DNA of 64,000 nt from contig NW_015172043.1 of assembly GCF_001447785.1 (NCBI RefSeq), forward strand, positions 141,996-205,995, given 5' to 3'. The notes beneath the pieces were generated by a model. The model was given only the letters and a program-made list of their open reading frames with translations, was not told the origin of the DNA and made no database searches. The DNA comes from Gekko japonicus (Eukaryota). The translations under genes were made by a program, and so were the position numbers. Positions 1 to 13,400 of the stretch are shown here, in pieces (the first letter of the stretch is position 1; every line of letters begins with the position of its first letter).

Positions 1-365
1 GGCCTTAACACAACCAAGTCTATATAGGCCTCTCCCCAAGATGTTGCCTCTTTCTGGGCCAGGCTGAACTGCTGGCTGCTTTAACAAACAGAATACTAAG
101 GAAGATATTTAAAAGGATCAATAACTATAAAATTACATATTTTCACAAGCATATGAAATTACTATTAAGTATCTTAATAGTCCCAAACCAACATTTAATA
201 ACTTCCCAAGAAGTAACTTCACCTTTGTTTGAAAGGATCTCTAATAATTACATTGGTTAACAGCATTTACCTGCAATAATTCAAGGCAGGCCTTAACACA
301 ACCAAGTCTATATAGGCCTCTCCCCAAGATGTTGCCTCTTTCTGGGCCAGGCTGAACTGCTGGCT
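1..365 (+). repeat. Exact direct repeat of at least 77 bp (1-77 = 289-365), 288-bp spacing
   Basis: Direct string identity; first copy is cut by the window edge. Confidence 0.9.
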
Positions 366-599
366 ACTGGGAATACCCAGCCTCCTTTAGGGAAGGCTAC
401 AAACACTGAGCATGCTCATAAAGGGAGTTGATTGCCACACCACCTATTGGCAAAAGCAGGCGTGCCTGATCCTTGTATGCTGTTAACAGCTACAAAACTG
501 CATGGGTTACATTTACACATCTGTCTCCTATTATGACATATTTATTACTTCACTGTTCCCCCCAAATTAAATCCAAAAAATGGTTGACCCTATCAACTT

Positions 600-810
600 A
601 GCTTGTTACTGTTGTTTAGTCTTTGCATGTCAAAACATCTTCATTAAGTTATATGCCAATTTGCTGTTCACCTATGTAGAGGTATCTGCCTTTATAGATG
701 AACTGTTAACTCCTATTTCAATGTATCTAAGGAAATTGGCGTGCACACGGAAGCTCATACCTTAACTAAACTTTTGTTGATCTTAAAGGTGCCTGGACTC
801 AAAATTTGCA
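600..810 (+). mobile_element. Penelope-like element terminal (pLTR) fragment
   Basis: Reverse-complement match to 63829-63980; gcacacggaagctcatacc...ttaaaggtgc motif. Confidence 0.65.
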
Positions 811-1069
811 CAACTGTAGAATTATTGCAGGGGGGAGAGCAAAAGACGACGAAAAGCAAATGAGAAAAGGTACGGGGGAAAATATGGAACAGTATAGTAA
901 TGAGCTACGTCACACAGGGAAGTAGCTGTAAGGACAGGCGCCATAAAGATTACACAGGACTTTACACATACAAACGGTGAATGGTAATTTCACCGTCCCG
1001 TGTTGTCCTTTGCCGTATTATTTCTTAAAGCCAATGCCTTTCCATGCCTCTGCATCACATGATGAAGGT

Positions 1070-1690
1070 CGAGCATTACGATTAACACTCCTCGTCCCCC
1101 TTGGACTTCCTGACGTTTAACCGCGTTGTGCCGCGTTCCAAGGTGGGTGAGCTGCTGCTGGTTCCCTTTAAGAGTTGCAAACGCTTTCCCGGCTCAAGGG
1201 GTAGCGGGGTTTCCAGGCTTCCGGCGATTGCTGATGGAAAAAGGAAATTGCGTCCCTGTAAACTGGCTGGAGGCGTGAGTTCGGAGGCCGGGGGGTGCGA
1301 GTGGCGGACCGGTCCTTGCAGTAGCTACAGTAGGTTTGGCGTCTCGCGCTTCAAGGCCACGGTCTTGTGCACACGTACCGGTAGTGGGACGTCCGAGTCA
1401 GCGTGCATAGCGCGGGCTGTCAGCCGGGGAACCTTCGAGTTTTCAGACTGTTTGTGTGCCTTCTATTCCAGATAATTGAATCTCCTGGTTATTAAGTTTC
1501 CTCTCCTCCGTTCTCTGTTAATGTTAAGCAAAAAATTAAAGCTGGGCAGGAGCCTGGCTGTTAGAAAGAGGTTGGCCCTTTTTTAAACCTTCTCCGATTT
1601 GAGCCTACAAACAGTAATGGCGGTTTGTGCTTTAACGTCAGTTCGGTGGCGAGGAGTCCAAGCATAGTCGCACTTAGCGTGCCGCCCCCA
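1070..1690 (+). promoter_or_regulatory. CpG-rich SERHL2 promoter / putative exon 1
   Basis: CpG enrichment, ETS-like CTTCCGG at 1218-24, strong donor GC|GTGAGT at 1275. Confidence 0.6.
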
Positions 1691-1704
1691 TTTTGCTTAA
1701 TTTT

Positions 1705-2205
1705 TTTATTTTTATTTATTTAACTGGATTGCTAGTATACCCTCCCCTGCACAGCAGGGCTCAGGAGTGGATTGCAACAGTAATTAAAACAATTATTATG
1801 CAGTAATTTAAACCATTAAAACATAAGTTAATAAAACCTCCAGTGACGAGATGGCGATTGAACACAATTCATAAATCCCTGAGTTGAGTATCTGTATGGG
1901 TGCTCAATTTAATCCAAGGCCTGAGCAAGTGGGCCAACTGCAACCAGCAAGTAGATGATACTAGGCGGAGCAGGGGAGGCTGATGTCTAGACACCCACCA
2001 CCTCAACCATGGGCCTGGTGGAACATCTCTGTTTTGCAGGCCCTGAAGAACTGTGATAAGTCCTGTAAGGCCCTGATCTCACTTGGGAGAGTGTGCCACC
2101 AGGCTGGGAAAAGAACCGGAAAGGCTCTGGCTCTGGTTGAGGCTAAGTGGATGTCCTTTGGGCTAGGGACCACCAGCAGATGTTGCTCTGCAGAGTGTAG
2201 AGCTC
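1705..2205 (-). mobile_element. L2-clade LINE 3' fragment
   Basis: Reverse complement of the same family as 4735-5755 (agggccttacaggac, ccagagcctt). Confidence 0.6.
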
Positions 2206-2218
2206 TTCAAGCTCAAAG

Positions 2219-2572
2219 CAGGCCCGTAGCTAACACAGGGCCCACAGGACCAGCCCCCTAGAAGTTTTTATGGGGCCCCTTCCTGAGCCTCGGCTTCCCT
2301 ACCCCAACTCCCCCTGATTGCCTGTCAGCCTATTGGCAAGGGAGGACAAGGGCAGTGATTTCAGAGGCTGCCCCTGGTGCAGTGAAGAGGCACTGGGGCT
2401 CCTTGGGGAGGGAGGGAGCTGGACCCGGACGCTTCACAGGGAAGGCTTGCCCTTGTGGGAGGAGAGGGAGGGAAGCTCCGACCACTGCAGCCCTTGCCCT
2501 GGAGCCTTTGATTGGATTAGCAGGCGGGCCCCTCCAGGCCCCCTCCCTAAAAAGTCCTTAGCTACGGGGCTG
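2219..2572. mobile_element. hAT-type non-autonomous DNA transposon
   Basis: TIR CAGGCCCGTAGCTA / TAGCTACGGGGCTG; perfect 8-bp TSD GCTCAAAG (2211-18, 2573-80). Confidence 0.85.
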
Positions 2573-2689
2573 GCTCAAAGCGGCTTCAGCAAGAATGGAA
2601 ACAGAGTTCATGTTATGGTTTATTGCAGTGTCTCAGCTCTGGATTACTAAAACAAGACACTCAGCTCAGTGGGACCCAAATCCTGCAGC

Positions 2690-3205
2690 AAACTCAGATA
2701 CCCATGTATCCATTCTGCAACTTATTACAGGATTCACCATCAGCTGAGGGGCTACTTTTACATGATCATCCTCCAGTGTGATGTATGCAATCAGCTGCCA
2801 ACCACGCTGTTCACATATAACTCTGCGAAAAGAATAAATGGACATGTACCTGATATAAAAAAACAGCCACATTTGGAAACCCATGGAAGATCATTTCACT
2901 CCACCGGGATCATCTGCAGCTGACCTGAAAGTCACCCTCCTTTAACAAAAAGAACTCCAAAGGGAGACCCCAGCATTAAACTGGAACAGAATTTGTTAAC
3001 AAGCTAGGCACTAAGATGCAATAAATTAAGACTCAGTACACACAGTAAATTCCTGCCACACTACAGGTGTTAAAGTTCGCTTGGCACATGTAAGCAAGGT
3101 TGTGTTAATACCTATTACTGCTGCTGTATATAAGAACAGTTACCATTAACAATTGAACAAAGTTTGAATCTAGTGGCACCACTGAGTTTTATTCAAGGTG
3201 TAGAA
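2690..3205 (+). mobile_element. Decayed Penelope-like element (GIY-YIG region plus inverted terminal piece)
   Basis: Broken frame resembling xTFTxSSSVMYAISCQ and KVTLL..KNSKGR; tagtggcacc...ttttattcaagg terminal piece. Confidence 0.5.
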
Positions 3206-4344
3206 AAACCTTACAAACTGCTCCTCTTGCATTTCATTGGCTTTGGCCCCACTGTTAATGTACATCTCTTTTAGCCAACATCTATTATATATATTTCTGC
3301 AATGACTGAGGTGGCCTCCAAAAGCCTGCACCACAATTAATCCATTGCCTTTAAGGTTTCCCAAAAAAAATGGGCGGTTTTTCCTGCAAAAGCAGCTACT
3401 GCTCTGGAATTTGCCATGATAGGAATCAACAACAGGCCCAGCTCTAGAATTCTTTCTTTTTGATTTATCTAACCTCTGCAGTTGCTCCTTTCCACATGTA
3501 TTTGCTGTGTGAAAGCAGCTCAGTGGAATAGGTTTTGTCCAGTAACACTATTTGAGTGGAGGAACAGAGTTACAAAGCAACGGTTACTGGAGGGGAAAGA
3601 TAAAAGTCACATAACTTCTCATTGCTCCCTTTTGTCCTCCTAAAGATCCAGAAGAAGACGAGACAAATGAATGTGACCTCTGCTGAAATGGACTCCAGTG
3701 CCAGATGCATCTGTGCTAGTGACTTGAAGGAGGGCGGCAAGATTTGCTTTATTGGATTACTTTTGAGTCCAGTTGGTTTCCTTGACATGACCAGAGCGAT
3801 GGTTTCTGATTATGCAGTATCATTCTGTGCCACTTAGAAGCTGCCCTCCTTGTGTGTGTGTAGTGCTGTCAAGTCACTTTGGACATACGGCAACCCTATG
3901 AATTAATTACCTCCAAAATGTTTTATCCTTAACAGCCTTGCTCAGGTCTTGCAAACTGAGTTTCACTCAGGTCTTGCAAAAGCTTTATACAATTTATTTC
4001 TCTAGGATATGTCTCTTAATCTCTTCCACACATGCTAGACTGCACAGGTGCTACTAGGTTGGTTGTAAGGTATTTTGTTATTGCTCTAGTACTGTGCTGG
4101 AAGAGTGCCTTCTCAGCAGGTCAATCTAGATGTTTGCAGGAGATACTGAGTGGTGGCAACTGGTTGCCAGGGTAATTTCCAGGAAACACTTGGTCTAAGG
4201 GAGCTTCCCAGTAAGGAAAGGCACCATTTTCCCCTTCTTGCCATAACAATTGCAAACTGCCCTTTTTGGTACTGTATAATTACCAGCACGCTGTACTTCC
4301 TGGTGTGGTGGCTGTTGTGATTTGCTGCTTTTTCTCTTTTAGGC

Positions 4345-4492
4345 ATGATCTCGGAGTTGAAGTTCTTGGTTCCCTGGGGTCATATTGCAGCCAAGGCATG
4401 GGGACCACCACAGGGCCGACCTGTGCTCTGCTTACACGGCTGGCTGGACAATGCAAACACTTTCAGCAGGCTCCTTCCTTTGCTCCCTAAAG
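4345..4492 (+). CDS. SERHL2: SERHL2 coding exon (MISELK...LPK)
   Basis: Acceptor tttag at 4341-42, donor GT at 4493; HGWLDN motif. Confidence 0.92.
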
Positions 4493-7400
4493 GTGCATTT
4501 ACATTATATAAGGGCTATTCTCTTTTATATTGGAGTGAGGACTGGCATGTGACTTGGTCCTCTTCTGCTTCTTCTCTTTCAGACTGCTATTACATGGCAG
4601 TAGACTTTGGGGGACATGGGCTGTCATCCCACCGACCACCTGGGTTTCCATATCACTTCATGGACTACGTGGGAGATGTACACAGGGTAGTCGAAGGTGA
4701 GCATGGTGGAATTGTCTGTAGCACATAGCAAGTGGACGGCATTACAAGCCGTGGCTGGTTGGTTACAACAGAGCAGACTGAAATTGAATCCATCGAAGAC
4801 AGAGGACCTATACCTGGGTCGCGGGGGATTGGGATCGGGGATCGGGCTTCCAACCTTTGACGGGACCTTATTGGTGCCGGTGCCGGAGGTAAAGAGCCTG
4901 GGGGTATTCCTGGATGCCTCACTAACTATGGAGGCCCAGGTCACCGCCACTGCAATGTCTGCCTTCTTCCATCTGAGACAGATCAGGCAGTTGGCCCCAT
5001 ATCTCATTCCCCAGGATCTGGCTACAGTGACCCATGCAATGGTCACTTCCAGATTAGATGATTATAATTCTCTCTACATGGGGTGCCCTTGATTCTGCTC
5101 CGGAAACGGCAGCTGGTGCAGAATGCAGCAGCATGGGTACTGATGTCGCTGCCTGTGCGGGCCCACATCCACCCGTTGCTGTGCGAACTACACTAGCTGC
5201 CTATTGAGTACTGGATCTGTTTCAAGGTGTTGGTGCTTACCTTTAAAGCCCTGTACGGCCAGAGGCCTGCATGTGTGCGAGACCGACTCTCCCTTTATGA
5301 CCCCCAAACGGCTTTACGATCTGCCAATCTATATCTTCTCGTGGTCCCTGGCCCTAGGGGCATCTGCCTCCACTAGGGCCAGGGCCTTTTCAGCCCTGGC
5401 CCCTACTTGGTGGAATTAGCTCCCATACGAGATCAGGGCCCTGCGGGACCTTTTACAGTTCTGCAGGGCCTGCAAGATGGAGCTCTTCTGCCAGGCTTTT
5501 AACTAGGGTGACGGACGTCCCTCCCTCTTTACTGGTTCTCCCTTCAATGGGTCAGAACTGCATACTAGAGTTGGCATCTGTGAGGTTTTAATGTCAATGA
5601 CAGTGGCACCAGATGAAGGCCATTGTGGTATTTTACTAGTGTTTTAATTGTATTGTGTATATTGTATTTTTTATCAAATTTGATGTGACCCGCCCTGAGC
5701 CTGCCATGCGGGGAGGGCAGGATATAAGTCGAATAAAATAAATACATAAATAAACACGTTTCAGCATCTCAGTGCTCTGTACCCATCTTGCTCCAATGCA
5801 CAGACAAGCAGGTTGTCTCACAGTTCCAGATGAATTATAGCCAGAGTGATTTATTTAAAATAGTTTTATTCCTACTACGAAGGAAAAACTTGAAAACTAT
5901 TTCAAATAAAAATCTAATTGAAATTGAAAACTTTATAAAAACCAAAACAGCTGAATGATAGTATATTGAGACCTCACAGATATACTGGGTAGATATTCCA
6001 TAAATGGGGTACTACCACAGAGAAGGCCCTTTGCCCAGTCACCACACATCACCTGTGAAAATGGAGACTGCTGCATTTGGCCCCTAAGCAGATCTGGAAA
6101 ACTGGGAAGATTCCTCCAGTAGAAGGCAATCCTCTAGGGAGCTCATTCCCAATTGTTTGGAGATTTATAGCCCAAATCAGCACCTTGAATATTTTTTGGG
6201 AACAAACTGGGATCCAGTGGCAGATTCTCTAGCAGAAAGCAAAATATCTTCAGACTGGTTTGTTTCAGTCAGCAGTATAGCAGCTGTATTCTGAACCAGA
6301 TGAAGATTCCAAACAAAGACTCCCTGTGCAGAATTCATTACAGTAATCTCTCGTGTGTTACCAGAGCATGGATAACAGTGACAAGGCTATCCAGGGGGTA
6401 GGCAAAGCAGCTGAAAGACCCCTTGAGCCACAGACGCCACTGAGCATACAGCTTAAGAGATGGCTCTAACAGCAAGCTGACACTGCACATCTGCTCCTCA
6501 AAGGGGAGCACAGCCCCTTCCTGAACAGGTTGCATACTGCCTCCTTGAACTGCCTACCAACAATCCTTCTATCAGAACTGAGTTTTGGTGTTATTAGCTC
6601 TCATCCAGCATCATGTGTCATGTGAAAAGATACATAACTTAAATCTTTGTTCTTTTTTCTTAAATCCATCATCATCGCAAAAAAATCCCCCGTGAATGTA
6701 GGCAATGCCCCTGCAGTCAGGGTGCTATCAAATCCGTTTCCCATGTTCTTTTAAATTGTCCATTTTATACTAAGGTTCGAGAAAAATTTCTGGACACCCT
6801 TCTTTTTACATGGCATGCTCTTCCTGAGAGTGTGTCAAGGTCCAGTTGCTACTCTCTGGGCAAAACGCTTTTATAACTTTTAATGTTGCTTGTTTTCTTC
6901 AATCTGCAATTCGAACCAGGGAAACTATTAATTGATCAGTTCTTATTTTGTTGGCTGTTCGACAGCCATACTTTTGATGTATTCCTAAATTTTAATGTAA
7001 TCTTATCTCTTACATGCCAATAAAGGTTGTCTGTCTGTCATCATCAGCATGGAACATATTTATTCAGCTTTTAAAATCATTGTTCCCAAAAGTTAATTCA
7101 GACTGGGTTTGCTAATATTTTGTCACAATATAACTAAAATACATCTGATCTGAAAATAATGAAATAATGGAGGTTTTAGTTTTTCATTACTGCAGTCACT
7201 TAATTGTGCGATAATTTATGACTAGTTTCCCCCAAACCTTCCAAAGAGTCTGTCCATAAAGAGATGCCTCCTAATATATTTGTTGGTGTTAATAGCACTT
7301 TATTTGAAAAATTGAAGTTCTTAGTGATAACTGGAACTTAGGGCTGGTTTTATATCAGACTGATAATTTTGTTTTTGAAAGAACACTCCTGAAGCCATAA

Positions 7401-10400
7401 TGAACTACATAAAGCAGCTGGAAGGGTTTTCCTTGGGTTAAAACAGTTGCTCTTTGAAACAAACTGTAAACCACTGCATTTTTATATATATGTGTGTGTG
7501 TGCGTGCGGAAACCAATCTAAGCAATATGGTCAAGAAATTTAAAAATAGCAGCAACAAAGTAAAACACCATGAAGTATGATTAAAAACAGCAGCTAAAAC
7601 CAGGTGAAAAATATTAAATGACATTAAAATCACAAGAGAACAACACAGATTTTGCCTGGAGACTAAATGTTAACAGTGGTGGTGGTGTCAGTCAAATATG
7701 GCTAGGCAGAATACTCTGAATGTGAGTGCTACCAACTGTCTCATTTCTGAAGGTGGGCAGGCTTGGAGAAGGGCCTCACATTCTCTTAACTAGTGCTGAA
7801 CTGTGTGGGAAGAGAGAGTCCTTCAGATATTACATTATGGTGTAGTGGTTGGAGTGTCAGACTAGGATCTGGAGGACTCTGGGTTCAGATCCCCAAGCTA
7901 TCTCGCAGCGTTGTTGTGAGGCTAACATGGAAATGAGAATGATGTAAACTATTTTGGGTCCCCTCCCCCCACTGGGGAGAAAGGCAGGGTATAAATGAAG
8001 TAAGTAAATAAATAGTTAAGACTGTAGGCCTGGCTGGGTAATCTAATACCTGGTACACCCCAAACAAGAGTTTTAAAACCACAGTCTCTCTGCTGCAATT
8101 CGAGGAAGTATTTTCTGCTAAATACGTTTTACTATTAACTTTTGCCACAAGTCCAGTAACAGATATGGTAATTTGCAAAGAAGAGTAAAATTAGAACAAT
8201 ATCTCAGGTGGCTACCAACTGCAGGAAGCAGCCAGGGACCCTTCCAGTTTGCTGGGACCCAGACCTCAAAGACTATGTGCTCCTTTTGAAATTATATTTT
8301 AGTTGCTACCTGTGCTGGTCTTAAATTGCCACAAGGCACTGAGGGAAGACAATTTTTGGCTGAGAAACAGGATCAAAATACAGTGAATAAATATTAACTT
8401 TTGATATGACATGGATATGACATTGCTAATTTGCAAAGGAATGTTAAACTTAAAATAGTATCTCAGATGGTTACCGGCTGCCATCAGCAAGGCCAGACAG
8501 AGGAAGGAGCAGCAGCTGCTCACTTCCATTGTTCTTGGATGCAAACCTTATTAAACATCTTCTGTATTGGCTTCAATAATTGTAACTACTTCAAGTGCCA
8601 ATTTTTGGCTAAAACTCGGGGAATTCAATCAGTACATCCTTTCCAAAGTCCCTTTTTCTAACCAACCATTTCCTTCTCATCAGCACTTTGCCAGGATCAT
8701 GTCTTTCAGAGGACACAATTAGACATTCCATATTAAAGGGTTTGTCTCCAGTAACACAAAGGTATTCTCTGCTTGTAACACTACAGTCTAGATAATATGG
8801 GCTAATCTGTCTTTAAATAATCCTGCCTCCATGCAGCATGTAAGAATCTGACGATCTGGTTTCTCCAGAATCTTGTTTCTTTTTTTTCTTTTTTTTAGCA
8901 TTGAAGTGGAATCGATTTACCCTCATGGGCCATAGTCTAGGTAAGTGGCTTTTATTCCCAGAGCAGGTTTTTTTTTCCCTTGAAAGTTAGCAAATTATTA
9001 ACTTCTAGGCCAAACTTTTAGAACTTGTAACAGTATTTTTATGAGCTGTAAAATGTCTCTCTTATTTGCTGACTTAAGTCATATAACCTAGCCCAGTTCT
9101 CTGATTTACTAGCCTGCTTCTTTTCTTGGGGAGGGTTACCGATAAGAACTTTTTCCTTGGTATTGGCTTCATATTGTACATTGAAACCACACTCCCTGTT
9201 CTCTCATACAGGTGGAACTGTGGCAGGAATGGTGAGTAATTTTTTTTTAAAGGTAAACTGGTTTTCCTTCATTAAACTGTTTGTTATTTAGTTAACTTCT
9301 TTGTCAGCTCTCAAGAATGAAGCTGCCCAAGTTGACTCTTAGCAATGGCAAAACAAATAAAACCATAAATTAACACATCAGCATTTTATGCCAACCGAAC
9401 AGCAGTAAAAATATCCCCCAACTAGTAACAATAAATCAAGGTGATCAGAACCCACAAGAATGGATAGAGTGTCAGCTCAACAGCAGGAAAAAGCAAAAAA
9501 CAAAATCATCATGAAATTTGTGAAACAGGCTAGTTAAATAAAACAATATAAAATGATATAGAGGCTATAAAACAGATGCTAATATGTTAAAATGTTCAGA
9601 TAATAAAACAATGAAAAGTTGATCATGAAATAACTCAAGACAAAAGCCTGGGTCAATAAAAATGCCTTGACCCCGACGTCTGAAAAGCCGCGGAGTGGGG
9701 GTGGGGGGGAGGTGAACCTTTGCAGGAAAGCATTCCATAAATGAAGCCCAACCACTGAAAAAGCCTTGCCTCATTTCTGTGGGTGGGTACATAACAGAGC
9801 GGGGCACGGAATGAGGATCTTAGGTGACAGGCAGAAGAATCTAGTTCGCTCTGTGGTAGTCAGAAGAACACAAGGAAATAAGAAATGCCTGAAGACAAAA
9901 ATGTTACAAGTAACATTCGTGCCTGGGATAAAGGAACTAAACTACTGTTCTCTTCTTGGGTCTTCCTAGTTCTCATGTATATTCCCTGAGATGGTGGACA
10001 AGCTGATCCTGGTGGAATCGTATGGCTTTTTCCCAGCACCTAAGGTCAGATGCTAAAATGCTTTTCTCTTCTTTTTACGACGCTCAACTTGTACGACGCT
10101 CTTGGAAGCATGATAAGCTATAGGTCAAGGCAGGGATGGGGTTGCAGGGAAACAATCACACATCTGTGAGACAGAATGTTCACTATTCACCAAGATAGTG
10201 CGGGTTCTTGGTGATACCTGTGTTATATGTCTGGAAGAAAGTACTGTGTGATTAAATGCATGAAGCTGCCTTATCTACTCTGACTGCAGTGGCTCTCTGA
10301 GGTCTCAGGTGGAGGTCTTTCACATCATCTACTGCCTGATACTTGTAACTACAGATGCCATGGATTAAACCTGCAACTAGCTGCATGCAAAGCAGAGGCT

Positions 10401-13400
10401 CTACCACTGAACCACAGACCCTCCCCTAACAACAGGTGCGAAACAGCTCCACCACCTAGCACATTTGCTGTTTCCTAGGATGTGATACACCCTGAATGCT
10501 CATATGACAACCCTGGGTTTTAATGTAGCTTGAATTTCTAAACATATCAGAAAATGAGCTTTTCTTCCATGGTTTGAAATGGCACATGCCCCTGGTGGGA
10601 CATGAGCTCAGAAGTCCCATTTGCGTTTCACAGATGTTGCCGTTAGAAAGACTGTTCTTTTAATATGGCTTTGTTTTCTGTGATGCTGCTTCTTCTTGGT
10701 CAGAATGGAATGTGCTTCACTGATGTTTGCAGTTCAAATCTGAACTGCTCTTAGTTTCCAACCAGACAGAAGTGCCTCTTATTAAAAACCGCTGCCAGGT
10801 CCTGTGATTGTTCATTGGCTGTCTTGTTCTCAGGGTGATGAGAGGGGCCCAGGATTAAATAGACAAAAGAAGCCAAGCTCCCCATTCACCCCAAAAGATG
10901 CCTCATCAGTATTAGAGGTGAGGCTTGAGGTGTTCTGTCCATTTAGTGGTGTGGATCCATTTTCAGCTCTTCTTCTGCATCCTAATGCTTTCATACCATT
11001 ACCCTGTCTTGGTAATATATACTCTTAACCTCAGAAGGGGCTAGCTGCTGGTGGTGGTCTCTGTGTATTCTGTGGGAAGTTTTGGTCGTAAGGAGTTACA
11101 GAAGGAAGATGGCTGTTTCTGATTTGCAGGAGTATGAAAGGCTGCTGAAGCCCAAACGGAAGCTGTTTGAGGGTCTGCTGAGTTTTGAGGCAAACAACCA
11201 ATATTCCACTAAAGTGCGTAGCCCCCAAGAGGCACTTCAGAGGTGAGTTCTCTTTTTGGACTCTGACGTTAGTAGCTCTCATCCCCTGTCCTTGTGGAAC
11301 AGGAGCCTGGTAGGGTGTGTCCTGTTACATGCAGGCTGGCTCTGGACAAGAGAGCAACCACAGTGGCATGGTGTTTTCCGTCCTGAGAAAACAGCAACAG
11401 CATCACTAGGGGTAGACAGGAGGTTGAAAGGGACCCGTAAAGTAAGTGACCAGTTGCTTGGAAGTAATGTGTGTATGTTTCCCACCACCAACACCACCAC
11501 CACAGACAAGTGCTCTAGAGGATAAGCTGAAAGGGGGTTTGTTTTAAATTTAAAATCAAGTAGCTGGGCTGATTATAGTAAATCAAGATTTAAAAGATGG
11601 GCAAGAGTTGAGTTTTATTCAGATGTTGTGACAAACCTCTTTGGGACAGGGACGACTACAGTTTTATTTATTGTGCTGTTGCACTCCACCTCTGGCTTGC
11701 TCCCATGCATGAAGTATGATTGAAAGATTCCTGATTTCACAAGCCTTTAATTAAGCTTCAGTTTGTTGCCAAGTTCAAATGCACGCACTGGTCAAATTGG
11801 AGTTTGATTCTAAAGCAGAACTAAATCATGGCTTGCTGGGATGAACCAAAACTTCATTTGACCAGCTGCCTACATTTGCACATCATGGCAAACTGCACTC
11901 TGATTCAAAGTTTGCAGTCATGCTCCACACACAAGGAGAATAGAGAAGGGAGCATATGCAAGCAGAGGTTTGCTGCAGTGTCTGAATGCAGCCTTACCCA
12001 GCCCCAAGTATAAAACTGGATTACCATTTAGATGGGGGTGTCTTCAAGAATGACATTTTCCCATCTATTTCTGCAGTGACAAACCTTTGCATGTTCTTGC
12101 CTGATTTCCCTAGACTATTAAAGGCAAACCCACACCTAACAGAAGACAGTGGAAAAATATTGCTGCAGCGGGGGACAACTGAAGTGCCAGGAGGTAAAGT
12201 GTTACTATAGTGAATTGACCGCTGTGTAATAGATCGATAGCAAGGCTCAGATATGCTAAGATATCCTCCTGTTTGGGTGTCATTAGAAAGTTTCTGCCAT
12301 AGAATGGAACCATGGTCTGACTCTGCATAAAGCCAAGGTCTACAACCTATGGCTTTAGAGTCAAATGTAGCTCCGTAATGGAACCAAATATACCTTTTAA
12401 AAAAGAATATATGTAAGTTAAGGTATATTGGAGTGGTAGGCAGGATGCTAAAATAGCCTGTAAAAGGGAAAAGATAGAAATGAACAGTTTCCAGTAATAA
12501 GCCTAGCGTGAAGCATGCACAGATTTATGCCAGTGCACTAAAACAATTGCACAGGGTGCTTCTGTATATATTTCGTTACTTATTATGAAATCTTGTGGGT
12601 GCCGTTTTCTAATAAACAACTTTAACAGCCAGTGTTTGGGCTGCAGAAACCTTATGGATTAGAGATGGGCATGAACCAGGAAAACTGAGGTTTGTCCTGG
12701 TTTGTGAGGTCCCACGAACTGGGACAAACCTCCCCGTTTCATGAACCAGTTCGGTTTGTGAGGTTCATTTATCTTTCCCTCCCTTCTTTCCTCCCCAAGG
12801 CCAGCAGAATGGAGGGGGGGAGATCTTGCAAGAGCTATTTAAAGGGAAAGTTCCCTTTAAATGGCTTTTGCAAGCCATTTCAGCAGTCTCTTTTGCTCTC
12901 CCCCCCACTTCTAAGCGGGGAGGGAGGGATTGCTGAAACGGCTTGCATCCATTTCAGTCTGTTAGGCTAAAACAGAAGCAAATTTAAATGCCTTCTCAGT
13001 TCACTTGTGACTCATGCTGCTGCTTTGGTGGCATGGCTTGCAAGACATTAAGATACCGTGGTATCTTTAAATGCCTTCTCCAAGCCCTGCCCCCAGTGCC
13101 AGTGTGTCTGTTGACATGAGCCCACCTGGGAGGTTGGTGGGGCTCATGAGGGTGGGATAGCATGAACTGAGGTTCGTGAATGATGAACCGAACCGTGATG
13201 AATTTAGGCTCATAATTTGATTCGTGCCCATCCCTATTATGGATAACTACTTGCCATGTAATGCTATATTGTATCTTTTCAGTTATGCAAATAGGTTTTA
13301 TTCGACTGACTCTTTTGCTGATCTTCTGAAGTTTGACGTAGTTTGACTTTTGATTTATAAAAGATGGTTGACCTCAGGCATCAACCAAGCAACATTTGTC

